A DNA stretch of 33,822 nt, taken from contig JBGPJS010000001.1 of the NCBI GenBank assembly GCA_041485505.1, positions 1-33,822 on the forward strand, in the 5' to 3' direction. The notes below the pieces were generated by a model, which worked only from the letters and a program-made list of their open reading frames with translations, had not been told where the DNA came from and searched no databases. This DNA is from Gemmatimonadota bacterium. GTDB lineage: Bacteria > Gemmatimonadota > Gemmatimonadetes > Gemmatimonadales > GWC2-71-9. Each line of letters starts with the position of its first letter. Position 1 is the stretch's first letter. Below, piece after piece: positions 1 to 9,609 of the stretch. Both the position numbers and the translations under genes were made by a program.

Positions 1-120
1 CGCAACGAGCGCTCCACCAAGGCGACCCGGAGCGTACGCGGGCCGACATCGAGGGCGAGCGTGTGATTGGGCATTCCGATCAGCGGTCGCCGAAAACCGG
101 CAACGTAGCGAGAAAATCGG

Positions 121-2475
121 ATGGGGGTAGGGATGTCAAGCACTTCATCTCCGAGCTCTCTCACTATCCCGGTGACAGGCATGACCTGCGCCGCCTGCAG
201 CGGCCGGATTCAGCGCGTCCTCGAGAAGGCGCCCGGGGTCACCATGGCGAACGTCAACCTGATGGTTCAGTCAGCGACCGTCGATTTCGACTCCGCCGTG
301 ATTTCTCCCGCCCAACTCGTCGAGTTGGTTCGGGGTACCGGTTATGGAGCCGAATTGCCGCATGCCGCACCCGAGGCCATGATCGAAGCCCAGGATGCGG
401 CGCGCGCCGAAGAAGTCGGCCACCTCAAACGCAAGCTGGTGCTGAGTCTCGTCGCGGCCGCGCTGGCGATGGTTCTCTCGATGCCTCTCATGTCCCGGGA
501 AGCGATGAGCGGCCCGGTCGAGCCGGTGATGCGCCTGTGGGTGCCGGTCTCCCGCGGTCTCAGCCGAGTGGTTCCATGGCTGTTCACTTTGCCTGGCGAT
601 GCCCTGCGCTACCTGCTGCTCGGGCTGACCGTCCCGGTTGTCGGGTGGGCGGGCCGGCATTTCTACACCCGCGCGTGGGCGGCGTTTCGGCATCATAGCG
701 CCGACATGAATACCCTTATCGCCGTTGGGACCGGAGCCGCGTTCGGGTTCAGCGTTGCGATGACTCTGGGCGCATCATGGTTCGAGACCCACGGCCTGAT
801 GCCGCAGGTCTATTACGAGGCCGTCATCTGGATCATCGCCCTGATCCTGCTCGGAAACCTCCTCGAGGCCAGGGCCAAGGGCAAGACGTCGGAGGCCATC
901 CGCCGCCTCATCGGTCTCCGCCCCAGCACGGCGCGGGTGATGCGCGGCGGAACGGAGCAGGAGATTCCGACCGAGCAGGTCCAGGTGGGAGACGAAGTGC
1001 TGGTCCGTCCGGGAGAGAAGATTCCTGTGGACGGGGTTCTCCTCGAAGGCTCCAGCACCGTCGACGAGTCCATGCTCACTGGAGAACCGCTCCCCGTCAG
1101 GAAAGTTTCGGGAGATCCGGTGACGGGTGCGACCCTGAATCGAGCGGGGGCCTTTCGCTACCGTGTCACCCGAGTGGGCCGCGAAACGGTTCTCTCGAGG
1201 ATCATTCTTCTGGTCCAGCAGGCACAAGGGTCAAAGGCACCGATTCAGAAACTCGCCGACCGAGTTTCCTCGGTGTTCGTGCCGGTTGTCATCTCGATTG
1301 CCATCGCGACCTTCGTGATCTGGTTCGATCTTGGACCGGAACCCTCTTACCTCCGAGGACTCGCGTCGGCCGTCACCGTCTTGATCATCGCCTGCCCCTG
1401 TGCGATGGGGCTGGCGGTGCCCACTGCGGTGATGGTATCGACCGGTCGGGGCGCAGAAATCGGGGTATTGATCAAGGGCGGAGAGGCCCTGGAGCGGATC
1501 CATCACCTCGATACCGTAGTACTGGATAAGACCGGCACCATCACCGAGGGAAAACCGTCGGTGACAGACATCGTCCCGGCACCGGCCGGCGACGACGCCT
1601 TGGTCCAGGGGCCCGAGGAATTGCTCCGAATCGCCGCCAGTCTGGAACGCCTCAGCGAGCACCCGCTTGCGGAGTCGATCGTCAGCGCCGCGGAGTCGCG
1701 TGGGCTCACTCTCTCGAACCCGAAGGACTTCGAGGTCCGACCGGGTCGGGGTGTCACCGCCTTGGTCGAAGGACGTCGGGTCTCGTTGGGCAACGAATTG
1801 ATGATGAAAGAGTCGGGCATCAGCTGGGGACCCTTGGAAGAGGCCGCGACCCGACTCTCGACTCAGGGGAGGACTCCGGTCTACCTCGCACTTGACGGGA
1901 GGATTGCGGGCCTCCTGGCCATCGCCGACCCGATCAAGCCGGGAAGTGCGGCGGCCGTCTCTACGCTGAAGGCTCAAGGCCTGGCGGTACTGATGCTGTC
2001 TGGAGACAGTCGGCTGACCGCCGAGAGCGTGGGGCGAGCGGTGGGCGTGGATCGGGTGATCGCCGAGGTGCTGCCGGAGCGGAAACTCGATGAGATCCGG
2101 CGGATTCAGGCGGATGGCCACGTGGTCGCAATGGTAGGCGATGGTCTGAACGACGCCCCTGCCCTGGCCCAGGCCGACGTAGGAATCGCGATGGGGACAG
2201 GCACCGATGTCGCGATGGAGGCCGGATCGGTGACCCTCATGAAGGGCGACCTGCGGGGCGTCCCCGACGCCATCGCCCTGGCTCGTCGCACCATGCGGGT
2301 CATCCGTCAGAATCTGTTCTGGGCCTTCATCTACAATATCGTGGGAATTCCAGTGGCGGCCGGTATCCTCTACCCCGCCTTCGGGCTGCTCCTTACGCCA
2401 GCCCTGGCCGCGGCTGCCATGGCTTTCAGTTCGGTGAGCGTGGTGACCAACAGCCTGCGGCTCCGGAATGCGTGA
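121..2475 (+). CDS. copA: Copper-translocating P1B-type ATPase
   Basis: 784-aa ORF. N-terminal heavy-metal-associated domain ([11 protein letters not shown]), membrane CPC motif ([13 protein letters not shown]), phosphorylation site DKTGTITEG, hinge [14 protein letters not shown]. Alternative ATG at 133. Confidence 0.95.
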   Translation: MGVGMSSTSSPSSLTIPVTGMTCAACSGRIQRVLEKAPGVTMANVNLMVQSATVDFDSAVISPAQLVELVRGTGYGAELPHAAPEAMIEAQDAARAEEVGHLKRKLVLSLVAAALAMVLSMPLMSREAMSGPVEPVMRLWVPVSRGLSRVVPWLFTLPGDALRYLLLGLTVPVVGWAGRHFYTRAWAAFRHHSADMNTLIAVGTGAAFGFSVAMTLGASWFETHGLMPQVYYEAVIWIIALILLGNLLEARAKGKTSEAIRRLIGLRPSTARVMRGGTEQEIPTEQVQVGDEVLVRPGEKIPVDGVLLEGSSTVDESMLTGEPLPVRKVSGDPVTGATLNRAGAFRYRVTRVGRETVLSRIILLVQQAQGSKAPIQKLADRVSSVFVPVVISIAIATFVIWFDLGPEPSYLRGLASAVTVLIIACPCAMGLAVPTAVMVSTGRGAEIGVLIKGGEALERIHHLDTVVLDKTGTITEGKPSVTDIVPAPAGDDALVQGPEELLRIAASLERLSEHPLAESIVSAAESRGLTLSNPKDFEVRPGRGVTALVEGRRVSLGNELMMKESGISWGPLEEAATRLSTQGRTPVYLALDGRIAGLLAIADPIKPGSAAAVSTLKAQGLAVLMLSGDSRLTAESVGRAVGVDRVIAEVLPERKLDEIRRIQADGHVVAMVGDGLNDAPALAQADVGIAMGTGTDVAMEAGSVTLMKGDLRGVPDAIALARRTMRVIRQNLFWAFIYNIVGIPVAAGILYPAFGLLLTPALAAAAMAFSSVSVVTNSLRLRNA

Positions 2476-2815
2476 CGACATGCCGAGGGTACCGTGCGGA
2501 TGTGGCGCCCGAGCCCAGCACGGCGGGCACGCTGCCGCGGTCGACCCCGAGATCAAGACTTCCGTCCTCCACCGGCTCCGGCGTATCGAGGGTCAGGTGC
2601 GGGGACTGCAACGCATGGTCGAGGAAGAGCGATACTGCGCCGATGTGCTGACCCAGATGTCGTCAGTGCAGGAAGCCCTGCGTGGCGCGGCGAAATCGCT
2701 CATGCGCAATCATCTTAAGCACTGTGCCTCGAACGCGATCCGGTCGGGGGCGCCCGAAGAGGCCGAGGCGATGTACGATGAGCTGGTGGAATTGATGGGT
2801 CGGCTGGGGGGATAG
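2468..2815 (+). CDS. csoR: CsoR/RcnR-family (DUF156) metal-sensing repressor with Cu(I)-type Cys-His-Cys fingerprint
   Basis: 115-aa ORF. Core [29 protein letters not shown]...NHLKHC supplies the C/H/C ligand pattern of copper-sensing CsoR. ATG 2468 overlaps the copA stop (2473-2475); second ATG at 2480. Confidence 0.85.
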   Translation: MRDDMPRVPCGCGARAQHGGHAAAVDPEIKTSVLHRLRRIEGQVRGLQRMVEEERYCADVLTQMSSVQEALRGAAKSLMRNHLKHCASNAIRSGAPEEAEAMYDELVELMGRLGG

Positions 2816-2820
2816 GCGGT

Positions 2821-4362
2821 TCAGCGAACCGGACCCCCGAGCCCCCTGACCGAACTCCATTCCCGGCTCACCTCCCACCCGGCCAACGCCCTCCGCATGT
2901 CGGCCTCCACGGTCCGCACCGCCAGAAGCACCACCAACCCGCCGAGAACGGCGACCGCGGGCAGCACCAGCGCGGCACGACGGATTCCGAAATGGTCCGA
3001 GAGCATGCCCACCAGCGGGAAAGCGATGGCGTCGCCCGCCAAATGGATGAACAACAGGTACGCACCGACCACGGTGGCGCTGATCCGGGAGGGTACTACG
3101 TCGAAGATCACGGCGGCGATCGGCCCGCTGTAGAGGGTAAGGAAGAAAAAGGCCGCGCAGAAGACCGGGACAAATAGCGATACCTCCCGGATGGTGAGCA
3201 GCCAGAGCGCCAGGGGCCCGCCGATCAGGAATCCGGCCGAGGCGGTCATCACCCGTGCCCGCTCGGTGAATCGCTTGAGCCAATCCGCCACCAGTCCCCC
3301 CGCGAGAGTCCCGGTGGTTCCCGCAACCAGGCCCCACTTGCCGAGCAGGAGGGTCCCCTGCCCCACCGTGAGTCCCAATTCGCGAGAAAGGAACGTCGGC
3401 GCCCACCCGACCAACCCGTTCATGCCGAACGAAATGAGTGCGCCGCCCACGAAGACGTACTTGAGCGTCGGCGTCCGCAGGACCGTCTTGGCCGCGTGTA
3501 GCATGTCATCGAGGGCCCCACTCACCAGGTCGACCGTCCCGGGTGAGGGGTCCTCCCGTTTGGCCTGCTTCACCCATAGGCGAATGTTCAAAGCCAGACC
3601 GAGACCGACCGCCACGGCGAATGCTGCCGTATCGAGGGAAGAGGTTGCCCCGTAGCGCCGGTCCAGGGTGTAAGCCGCGCTCGCGCCCACACAGACGCCC
3701 AGGAGGAGAGGGATGCACTTCAGCACCAGTGAGGAAACCGTCAACTCCAGTTCGATGAGGTATTCCCGGACGGTCAGTTCGGGAGGCGGACGGGTTGGAT
3801 CCTTGAGTCGCGCGGCCAGTGCAGCGCAAAGAAACCCCGGCGCCCCAACCACCATGAGGGCCACCCGCCAACCGTAGACCGATTCTAGTTGTCCGCCGAG
3901 ACCGATACCCAGAACACCCCCGACCGCGATCCCGGCCGAGAGCACCCCCATGGCAAAGGCGCGGCCTTTGCCCGGGAAATAGTCCGCGACCAGCGAGGCG
4001 GCCGCGGCGCCGAACGCCGCTCCACCGATTCCCACCATGGCCCGGCAGACGAAGAGCTGCCAGAAACCCTGCACCAGGCCGCCGAGAAACGTGAACAAGC
4101 TCCAGACCGTGATGCCCCCCGCGATGACCGCACGCCGGGAGCGCAGGTCGCTCAGGACGCCGAAGGGCAGTGCGGCCACCGAAAAGAGCAGGACGTAGGC
4201 GGAGGCGATCCAGCCGAGATGGGTATCGGTGAGTCTGAGGTCGCGCTCGATCGGCGCGACCAGGGCGAAGATGACATTGCGATTGATGTAGCTGAGCAGA
4301 TTGATGAGTGCGAGAAGCCCCAGGGCGTAGTACCCGTACCTCTGCGAGGCGCCCGCCGTCAT
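2821..4362 (-). CDS. MFS transporter (Spinster-like subfamily appearance), substrate unknown
   Basis: 513-aa ORF, multi-span hydrophobic profile. MFS loop 2-3 motif-like [13 protein letters not shown]. Its ATG (4362-4360) overlaps the stop of the upstream DHS-like gene (ATGA). Confidence 0.85.
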   Translation of the reverse strand: MTAGASQRYGYYALGLLALINLLSYINRNVIFALVAPIERDLRLTDTHLGWIASAYVLLFSVAALPFGVLSDLRSRRAVIAGGITVWSLFTFLGGLVQGFWQLFVCRAMVGIGGAAFGAAAASLVADYFPGKGRAFAMGVLSAGIAVGGVLGIGLGGQLESVYGWRVALMVVGAPGFLCAALAARLKDPTRPPPELTVREYLIELELTVSSLVLKCIPLLLGVCVGASAAYTLDRRYGATSSLDTAAFAVAVGLGLALNIRLWVKQAKREDPSPGTVDLVSGALDDMLHAAKTVLRTPTLKYVFVGGALISFGMNGLVGWAPTFLSRELGLTVGQGTLLLGKWGLVAGTTGTLAGGLVADWLKRFTERARVMTASAGFLIGGPLALWLLTIREVSLFVPVFCAAFFFLTLYSGPIAAVIFDVVPSRISATVVGAYLLFIHLAGDAIAFPLVGMLSDHFGIRRAALVLPAVAVLGGLVVLLAVRTVEADMRRALAGWEVSREWSSVRGLGGPVR

Positions 4363-5498
4363 TGGGCAGCGGCCTCCGCTTCTTCCGCGCGGCGATTCCG
4401 GGACTCAAGCGCGGACTGGTACTCCAGCACCAACCGTTGCATCATTGCTTCCCGCTTGCCATACAGCCGCTTGAGCGGGCGGGGCTGGTGGCGCGCCATG
4501 GCGTAGGCCGTGAGCAACGGAAGCGCTACCGAATTGTCCAGGTAGCAGACCACGGTCCCGGGCAGCATGGTGGGATCGATCTTCCCCCAACTCACCGCCT
4601 CGGCGGGCGTGGCCCCGGAAAGCCCGCCGGTGTCCGGCCGCGCGTCGGTGAGCTGGAGGAAATAATCATGACCCTTCTCATCGATGCCGAGCACTTCCTG
4701 GATCTGGGGCTCGGTCTGGAGCAGAAAGTTCTTTGGGCTTCCGCCTCCGATGATCAGAGCGCCGCTCTTGCCCCCGCTGCGCTTGGCTTCCAGCACGATC
4801 GCGGCCGTCTCGTTGACGTCCGTGCTCACGTCGAACCGAAGCTTGCTCCCGGCCAGCGCCTGCTCGGCCACGTTCATCCCGATCGAACTGTCTCCCGGCG
4901 AGCTGGTGTAGATCGGCACCTGAAGATCGTAGGCGGCCGAGAGAAGCGAGCGCCGACTCAACCCCAGCGCCTTTTCCCGTTCCCGCAGGTAGCCGCCGAG
5001 GCGATAGTGGTACTCGGCCGTGCTCATCGACTGCTGGAACTCCGGTCGAGCCGAGACGTCACGGACGAAAGCATCGGTGGAAAGGAGAACCGAGTAGTCG
5101 AAAAAGATGTCGTAGATTCGGACCACGCCTTTGTCACGGAGCTCCACATCATTGGCCGCCGCAGAACCCTGGTGGAGGGCCAGTCCGAGCGCAAAATGCG
5201 CATCGTGGTAGAGATTGGCGCCCGTCGAAATCAGCCAGTCGACAAATCCGGCCTCCATGAGAGGGATGAGACAACTCATCCCCAGACCGGCCGGGGTCAT
5301 CGCCCCGGTGAGACTCATCCCGACCGTGACGCCGGGTTCCAGCATCCGCTGAGTGTACAGCAGACAGGCTTCCCGCAGGCGACCCGCATTGAACGCCAGG
5401 AACGTTTCGTCGATGAGATCGGCCGTGGTCTCGGTACCGGTGATCGGCCGAGGTTCAATTCGGCGGCCGCGCAGATACGAGGCGGAGGGTCGGGGCAT
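4359..5498 (-). CDS. Deoxyhypusine synthase family protein (DHS-like; possible homospermidine-type aminobutyl transferase)
   Basis: 379-aa ORF. Family-typical segments [21 protein letters not shown] and the catalytic-lysine context [10 protein letters not shown] that matches eukaryotic DHS (EAVSWGKI). Confidence 0.85.
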   Translation of the reverse strand: MPRPSASYLRGRRIEPRPITGTETTADLIDETFLAFNAGRLREACLLYTQRMLEPGVTVGMSLTGAMTPAGLGMSCLIPLMEAGFVDWLISTGANLYHDAHFALGLALHQGSAAANDVELRDKGVVRIYDIFFDYSVLLSTDAFVRDVSARPEFQQSMSTAEYHYRLGGYLREREKALGLSRRSLLSAAYDLQVPIYTSSPGDSSIGMNVAEQALAGSKLRFDVSTDVNETAAIVLEAKRSGGKSGALIIGGGSPKNFLLQTEPQIQEVLGIDEKGHDYFLQLTDARPDTGGLSGATPAEAVSWGKIDPTMLPGTVVCYLDNSVALPLLTAYAMARHQPRPLKRLYGKREAMMQRLVLEYQSALESRNRRAEEAEAAAQ

Positions 5499-5553
5499 GG
5501 GTAGGTGCGCCGGGTGAGAGGTCGCTGGGAGTGTGCGGTCCTGAATGGTGCGG

Positions 5554-6078
5554 TCAGAGATACCGTTCCCGAAGCACCCGCACGTGATGGCGCTCGTGAC
5601 CGGCGATGATGTAGATCAGAGACCGCACCGTGAACTCGACCCCGTTAGCCAGACCCCGCCGGAGCAGGGCGGAGGAGTCGAGGCCGCCGAACATCAGGAG
5701 GTTGGCTCTACGCAAGTGCTCCAGCTCGGCGGCGAGATCGGCCAGCCCGCGCTGGTCGAAGCCGCCGTTGGCGACGTAGTCGTCCTGTTCGTAGCCCGGG
5801 AGTGGCGTAATGTCGGCCCGGGCAAATCGGAGGGCCCGGTACGCGAAGATCCGCTCGGTGTCTATCACGTGCCCGACCACGTCCTTGGTACTCCACTTAC
5901 CGGGGGCGTAACGGTATCCGGCCCGGTCGCCGGTGATGGCACGCAGAAGCGCTCCGGTGTCGCGCACCTGGTCCTCGAGGATCCGGAGGACGTCTCCCGG
6001 TGGGACCAGGGAGACATAATTCCCGTAGTAGGGCGCGTACTCCGAGTCCTCGGGGCGCTCGATCAGTGGTGTAGACAT
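5554..6078 (-). CDS. DinB/YfiT-like family protein (putative metal-dependent thiol transferase/hydrolase fold)
   Basis: 174-aa ORF. DinB_2-like pattern [17 protein letters not shown]...[17 protein letters not shown] (His triad arrangement). Confidence 0.8.
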   Translation of the reverse strand: MSTPLIERPEDSEYAPYYGNYVSLVPPGDVLRILEDQVRDTGALLRAITGDRAGYRYAPGKWSTKDVVGHVIDTERIFAYRALRFARADITPLPGYEQDDYVANGGFDQRGLADLAAELEHLRRANLLMFGGLDSSALLRRGLANGVEFTVRSLIYIIAGHERHHVRVLRERYL

Positions 6079-6087
6079 CCGGCGTCC

Positions 6088-6822
6088 TTATTGGGCCCCC
6101 TGGCTGGTCCCGTTGGCACGAGCTTCGACAATGATGCGGGCCGCTTCCGCCGGATCGTCCGTCACGTGGAAGAGCAGGAGGTCGTCGTCGTTGATCTTGC
6201 CTTCCCCCAGCACCGTGGTCCGGAGCCAATTCACCAGAGGCCCCCAGTACGTGGTACCGAAGAGGACGACCGGGAAGTGTTTGACTTTTCCCGTCTGGAT
6301 CAACGTCAGGGCTTCGAACAGCTCATCCATGGTTCCGTAGCCGCCAGGGAATACAATGAACGCCATGGAATACTTGGCGAACATCATCTTCCTCACGAAG
6401 AAGAAGCGGAAGTACATGCTCCGGCGGACGTACTGATTGGTGCCTTGCTCATGCGGGAGTTCGATATTACAGCCGATGGATAGCCCCCCACCTTCCACCG
6501 CACCCTTGTTGGCGGCTTCCATGATGCCGGGCCCGCCGCCGGTGATGATCGGAAAGTTGGCCTGGCCCAGCAGGCGCGCCGTCTCGACCGCGGCCAGGTA
6601 TTGGGGGTCGGTCGGGAGAGTGCGCGCCGAGCCGAAAATGGCCACGGCATCGAAGACATCTCCCAGTTTCTCGAAGCCTTCGACGAATTCCCCCATGATG
6701 CGGAGGACCCGCCAAGGATCGGTCTTTCGGAGAGCGTCTGGACGTTCGGCAACAACGCTCTCGAGCAGGGCCTCATCGGCTGTGGGGCCTCTCGGGGCCC
6801 CGCTGTGACGCATCTCAGGCAC
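6088..6822 (-). CDS. LOG family / TIGR00730 Rossmann-fold nucleotide phosphoribohydrolase
   Basis: 244-aa ORF with LOG signatures ITGGGPGIMEAANKGA and PGGYGTMDELFEALTLIQTGK. GTG start at 6822 overlaps the upstream stop; alternative ATG at 6813. Confidence 0.85.
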   Translation of the reverse strand: MPEMRHSGAPRGPTADEALLESVVAERPDALRKTDPWRVLRIMGEFVEGFEKLGDVFDAVAIFGSARTLPTDPQYLAAVETARLLGQANFPIITGGGPGIMEAANKGAVEGGGLSIGCNIELPHEQGTNQYVRRSMYFRFFFVRKMMFAKYSMAFIVFPGGYGTMDELFEALTLIQTGKVKHFPVVLFGTTYWGPLVNWLRTTVLGEGKINDDDLLLFHVTDDPAEAARIIVEARANGTSQGAQ

Positions 6823-7972
6823 GGGTCAGGCACTCCAATGCGGTTCGGTGGTCGTCCGGGACGTTGTAGAAAAAGGGCGAAAGCCGCACGTGCCCAGGCC
6901 TGGCGTCCGCGATGACCTTGGCGGCGGCGAGGCGCCGAACGTCCCTCTCGGGGTCCGCGCTTGGGAGCATCACGATCGCACTGCGCTCTTCGGGAGTCGG
7001 GGCCACCCTCGGCGAGATCCCCGCCTCGCGCGCGGTAGCGATGAGATCCTCGGCCAGCTCCCGAGTCACCCGGCGGATCGCCTCGACCCCAAGCTCCTCC
7101 AGGATCTCGAGTCCGCCGAGCTGTGAGTAAACCGCGGCGATCGACGGAGTCCCACCCTCGAATCGACGGGCGTCCGTCCGCCGCATGAGCACCTGCGGAT
7201 CGAACCGGAACGGCTCGGCGTGCGAGAACCAGCCTGTCACCGAGGGGCAGAGGGCCCGGGTCCGTTCTGGGTTGGCATAGAGGAAAGCGATCCCGCTCCC
7301 TCCCATCAACCACTTAAGCCCACCCCCGCAATAGAAGTCCACGCCGAGCTGCCGTACGTCCACCGGAATCTGGCCCGCAGCTTGATAGCCGTCCACCAGA
7401 AGCAAGGCCCCCGCACGGCGGCAAATCGCTGCCACGGCGGCCACGTCCTGAATGGCACCGCTGGTGAAGAAGACGTGGCTGGTCGCGAGGATCGCGGTGC
7501 GGCCATCCACCGCCTGGGAGAGCAGCTCCAAAGGAACTCGAGTCGCATCCGGGCTCGGAACCACCTCGACTTCGATGCCCTCCCCGGCCTTGGCCATCCA
7601 CTGATACGGGACGGTCGGGAAGTCGAGACTGGTAGTGACTACTTTGCGGCGGCGCCCGTAGTCGAGAGACTCGGCCACGGCGCCCAGGGCGGCGGAGACC
7701 GACGGATGGAGGGAGATCTCCGCGCTGGGCGTTTCGGCGCCGATCAGGCGGCCGTACCGCTCGCGCAATTCCTCCAAGGCCACTAACCAGATGTCGTACC
7801 AGGCCGAGGCCCCGCAATTTTCCCACTGGTCGAGGTATTCGTTGACTCTCCGCCTGGCCCGGCAGGATAGCGCCCCCAGCGAGCAGCTGTTCAGATAGAT
7901 TGAGTGCCGAAAGACCGGAAACTCTTCCCGGTATTTCACAAGCGGATGGGCGGCGGCGATCGCGACGGACAT
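6815..7972 (-). CDS. Aminotransferase class-V fold PLP-dependent enzyme (kynureninase/cysteine-desulfurase-like)
   Basis: The homology-like part of the 508-aa ORF begins at MSVAIAAAHPLVKYREEFPVF. PLP-lysine region GGGLKWLMGGSG. The upstream 113-123 aa of the ORF are P/G/R/S-rich and look non-coding. Alternative ATG at 8002. Confidence 0.75.
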   Translation of the reverse strand: MSVAIAAAHPLVKYREEFPVFRHSIYLNSCSLGALSCRARRRVNEYLDQWENCGASAWYDIWLVALEELRERYGRLIGAETPSAEISLHPSVSAALGAVAESLDYGRRRKVVTTSLDFPTVPYQWMAKAGEGIEVEVVPSPDATRVPLELLSQAVDGRTAILATSHVFFTSGAIQDVAAVAAICRRAGALLLVDGYQAAGQIPVDVRQLGVDFYCGGGLKWLMGGSGIAFLYANPERTRALCPSVTGWFSHAEPFRFDPQVLMRRTDARRFEGGTPSIAAVYSQLGGLEILEELGVEAIRRVTRELAEDLIATAREAGISPRVAPTPEERSAIVMLPSADPERDVRRLAAAKVIADARPGHVRLSPFFYNVPDDHRTALECLTRA

Positions 7973-8068
7973 GGGAGTACCAATATAGTAGGGGCGGGGC
8001 ATCAGTCCGCCCGATGAGGCCGCTCGCCAAGATCCCGATCCGGTCGCGCTTCGTGGTACATTACTGCA

Positions 8069-8335
8069 ATGCCGGGTACATCTTCCTGGATCTCCCTGAC
8101 TCTGCGGCTCGCAGGGTCCGCTATCCTGCGGCCTCGGCTCGCCATTGATCTGCTCCGGGTTGTCTGGGCCTTCCGTCGCCGCAACTGGTGGAAGCTGGCT
8201 CCGTTCCTCCCCTTGCCGGACCAATTCTATCTGCGTTGGCGGATGTACACCGCCTACGCTGACGAGGAAGCAGTGCCTCCCGTGGATGATATCATCCGGT
8301 TCGCCCGTTGGCGCCGGGAGACCATGCGTCTGTGA
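8069..8335 (+). CDS. Small Trp/Arg-rich hypothetical protein (88 aa)
   Basis: ORF with GC3-rich codons. Sequence ...RRRNWWKLAPFLPLPDQFYLRWRMYTAYADEE... looks protein-like. Its TGA (8333-8335) overlaps the GTG (8332-8334) that gives ndh a canonical N-terminus. Confidence 0.5.
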   Translation: MPGTSSWISLTLRLAGSAILRPRLAIDLLRVVWAFRRRNWWKLAPFLPLPDQFYLRWRMYTAYADEEAVPPVDDIIRFARWRRETMRL

Positions 8336-9609
8336 CCCCACACGTGGTCATCGTCGGGGGCGGGTTCGCCGGACTGTACGCGGCCAAGGGACTCGAGGAC
8401 GCCGACGTCCGAATAACTGTGGTGGATCGGAAAAACCATCATCTCTTCCAGCCCATGCTTTACCAAGTCGCTACCGCCGCTCTCTCCCCGAGCGACATCG
8501 CTTCGCCGATCCGGTCCATCCTCCGGAATCAGCGGAACGCGGAAGTGCTCCTCGGAGAGGTGGTCGGAGTAGAAGCGGACAACCAAGAAATCAGCCTTGA
8601 TGACGGCAGTAGTATTCATTACGACTACTTGATGATCGCAACAGGCGCTCGGCATTCCTACTTCGGTCGCGACCAATGGGAAATCCTCGCCCCGGGTCTC
8701 AAGAGCCTGGAAGACGCCGAGGAAATCCGAAAACGCATCCTCCTGTCGTTTGAGGCCGCCGAGCGGGAGAAGGATCCGATCAAGCGCCACGCGCATCTTA
8801 CCTTTGTTGTCGTCGGTGGTGGGCCCACCGGTGTTGAGGTGGCCGGAGCACTGGCCGAGATCAGACGCTACGCACTCCGCCGTGATTTTCGGCATATCGA
8901 TCCCCGAGAAGCTACCGTCATGCTGCTCGAGGGGGGACCTCGCATCCTCCCGAGTTACCCGCCCCGCCTCAGTCTCCGCGCCAAGCTTGAGCTGCGCCGA
9001 CTTGGCGTCGAGGTGAGAGAGCAGACGATGGTAACCGACATAAGACCTCACTCGGTCGTTGCGGCGGGATGGACCATCCCAACACGGACCATCGTCTGGG
9101 CCGCCGGAAATGTGGCCAGCCCCCTTACCCGAACGCTCGGCGTACCGCTCGACAACCAGGGCAGGGTGGTTGTGGAACCGGACTGCACCATTCCGGGCCA
9201 CCCCCAGGTCTTCGTGCTGGGCGATGCGGCCGCGTTCACCCACCAGACCGGGGGAACCCTCCCCGGCGTGTGTCCCGTCGCAATTCAGATGGGGAAGTAT
9301 GCCGCCGGGGTCATCGCTGGGGACCTCCTGGGCAGGCCACGCTCGCCATTCCGCTATTGGAACAAGGGTCAGCTCGCGGTCATTGGTCGAGGCCACGCGG
9401 TGGCCGATACCGGCCGCCTGCATTTCGGAGGGTTTTTCGCCTGGCTGGCCTGGATCTTCGTCCACATCTTCTTTCTGATCGGATTCCGGAACCGGGTGAT
9501 CGTCCTCTTCGAGTGGGCCTGGGCATACCTGACTTATCAACGCGGAGCGCGACTCATCACCGGAACCTTCCACCCTGCGGACGTCCCTTCTGCCGGACCG
9601 ACCGGCTGA
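8332..9609 (+). CDS. ndh: Type II NADH:quinone oxidoreductase (NDH-2)
   Basis: Two dinucleotide folds (VVIVGGGFAGLYAAKGL; FVVVGGGPTGVEVAGALAE) and FVLGDAA. GTG 8332 preferred; the ORF track start ATG 8308 is the alternative. Confidence 0.9.
   Translation: MTPHVVIVGGGFAGLYAAKGLEDADVRITVVDRKNHHLFQPMLYQVATAALSPSDIASPIRSILRNQRNAEVLLGEVVGVEADNQEISLDDGSSIHYDYLMIATGARHSYFGRDQWEILAPGLKSLEDAEEIRKRILLSFEAAEREKDPIKRHAHLTFVVVGGGPTGVEVAGALAEIRRYALRRDFRHIDPREATVMLLEGGPRILPSYPPRLSLRAKLELRRLGVEVREQTMVTDIRPHSVVAAGWTIPTRTIVWAAGNVASPLTRTLGVPLDNQGRVVVEPDCTIPGHPQVFVLGDAAAFTHQTGGTLPGVCPVAIQMGKYAAGVIAGDLLGRPRSPFRYWNKGQLAVIGRGHAVADTGRLHFGGFFAWLAWIFVHIFFLIGFRNRVIVLFEWAWAYLTYQRGARLITGTFHPADVPSAGPTG

Noticed and set aside
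63-698. 211-aa ORF (GTG start) overlapping the 5' end of copA in another frame
   Set aside because: R/G/P-rich translation. The copA frame shows the HMA domain from residue ~15, so this is an alternative-frame artefact. Frame 1 is open from the left edge to a TGA at 64-66 and frame 3 is also open from the edge, so either could be the tail of an upstream gene. That is too short to call.
1231-2556. 441-aa ORF antisense to copA
   Set aside because: It lies opposite a gene with unmistakable P-type ATPase motifs. The translation is R/G/P/H-rich low-complexity with no recognisable domain. This is a typical high-GC shadow frame.
4308-5504. 398-aa ORF antisense to the DHS-like gene
   Set aside because: Shadow ORF. 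The opposite strand carries the DHS catalytic motif, and this frame is R/G/P-rich with no family features.
7973-8341. N-terminal 113-123 aa extension of the PLP-enzyme ORF. Similar extensions occur on parB, mnmG, the ABC ATPase, natB, sufB, sufS, brx and AI-2E.
   Set aside because: In each case the canonical family N-terminus begins at an internal ATG. The upstream part is low-complexity and often overlaps the neighbouring gene or promoter.
8254-9573. 439-aa ORF antisense to ndh
   Set aside because: Shadow ORF opposite a protein with two clear Rossmann GxGxxG folds. No recognisable motifs in this frame.
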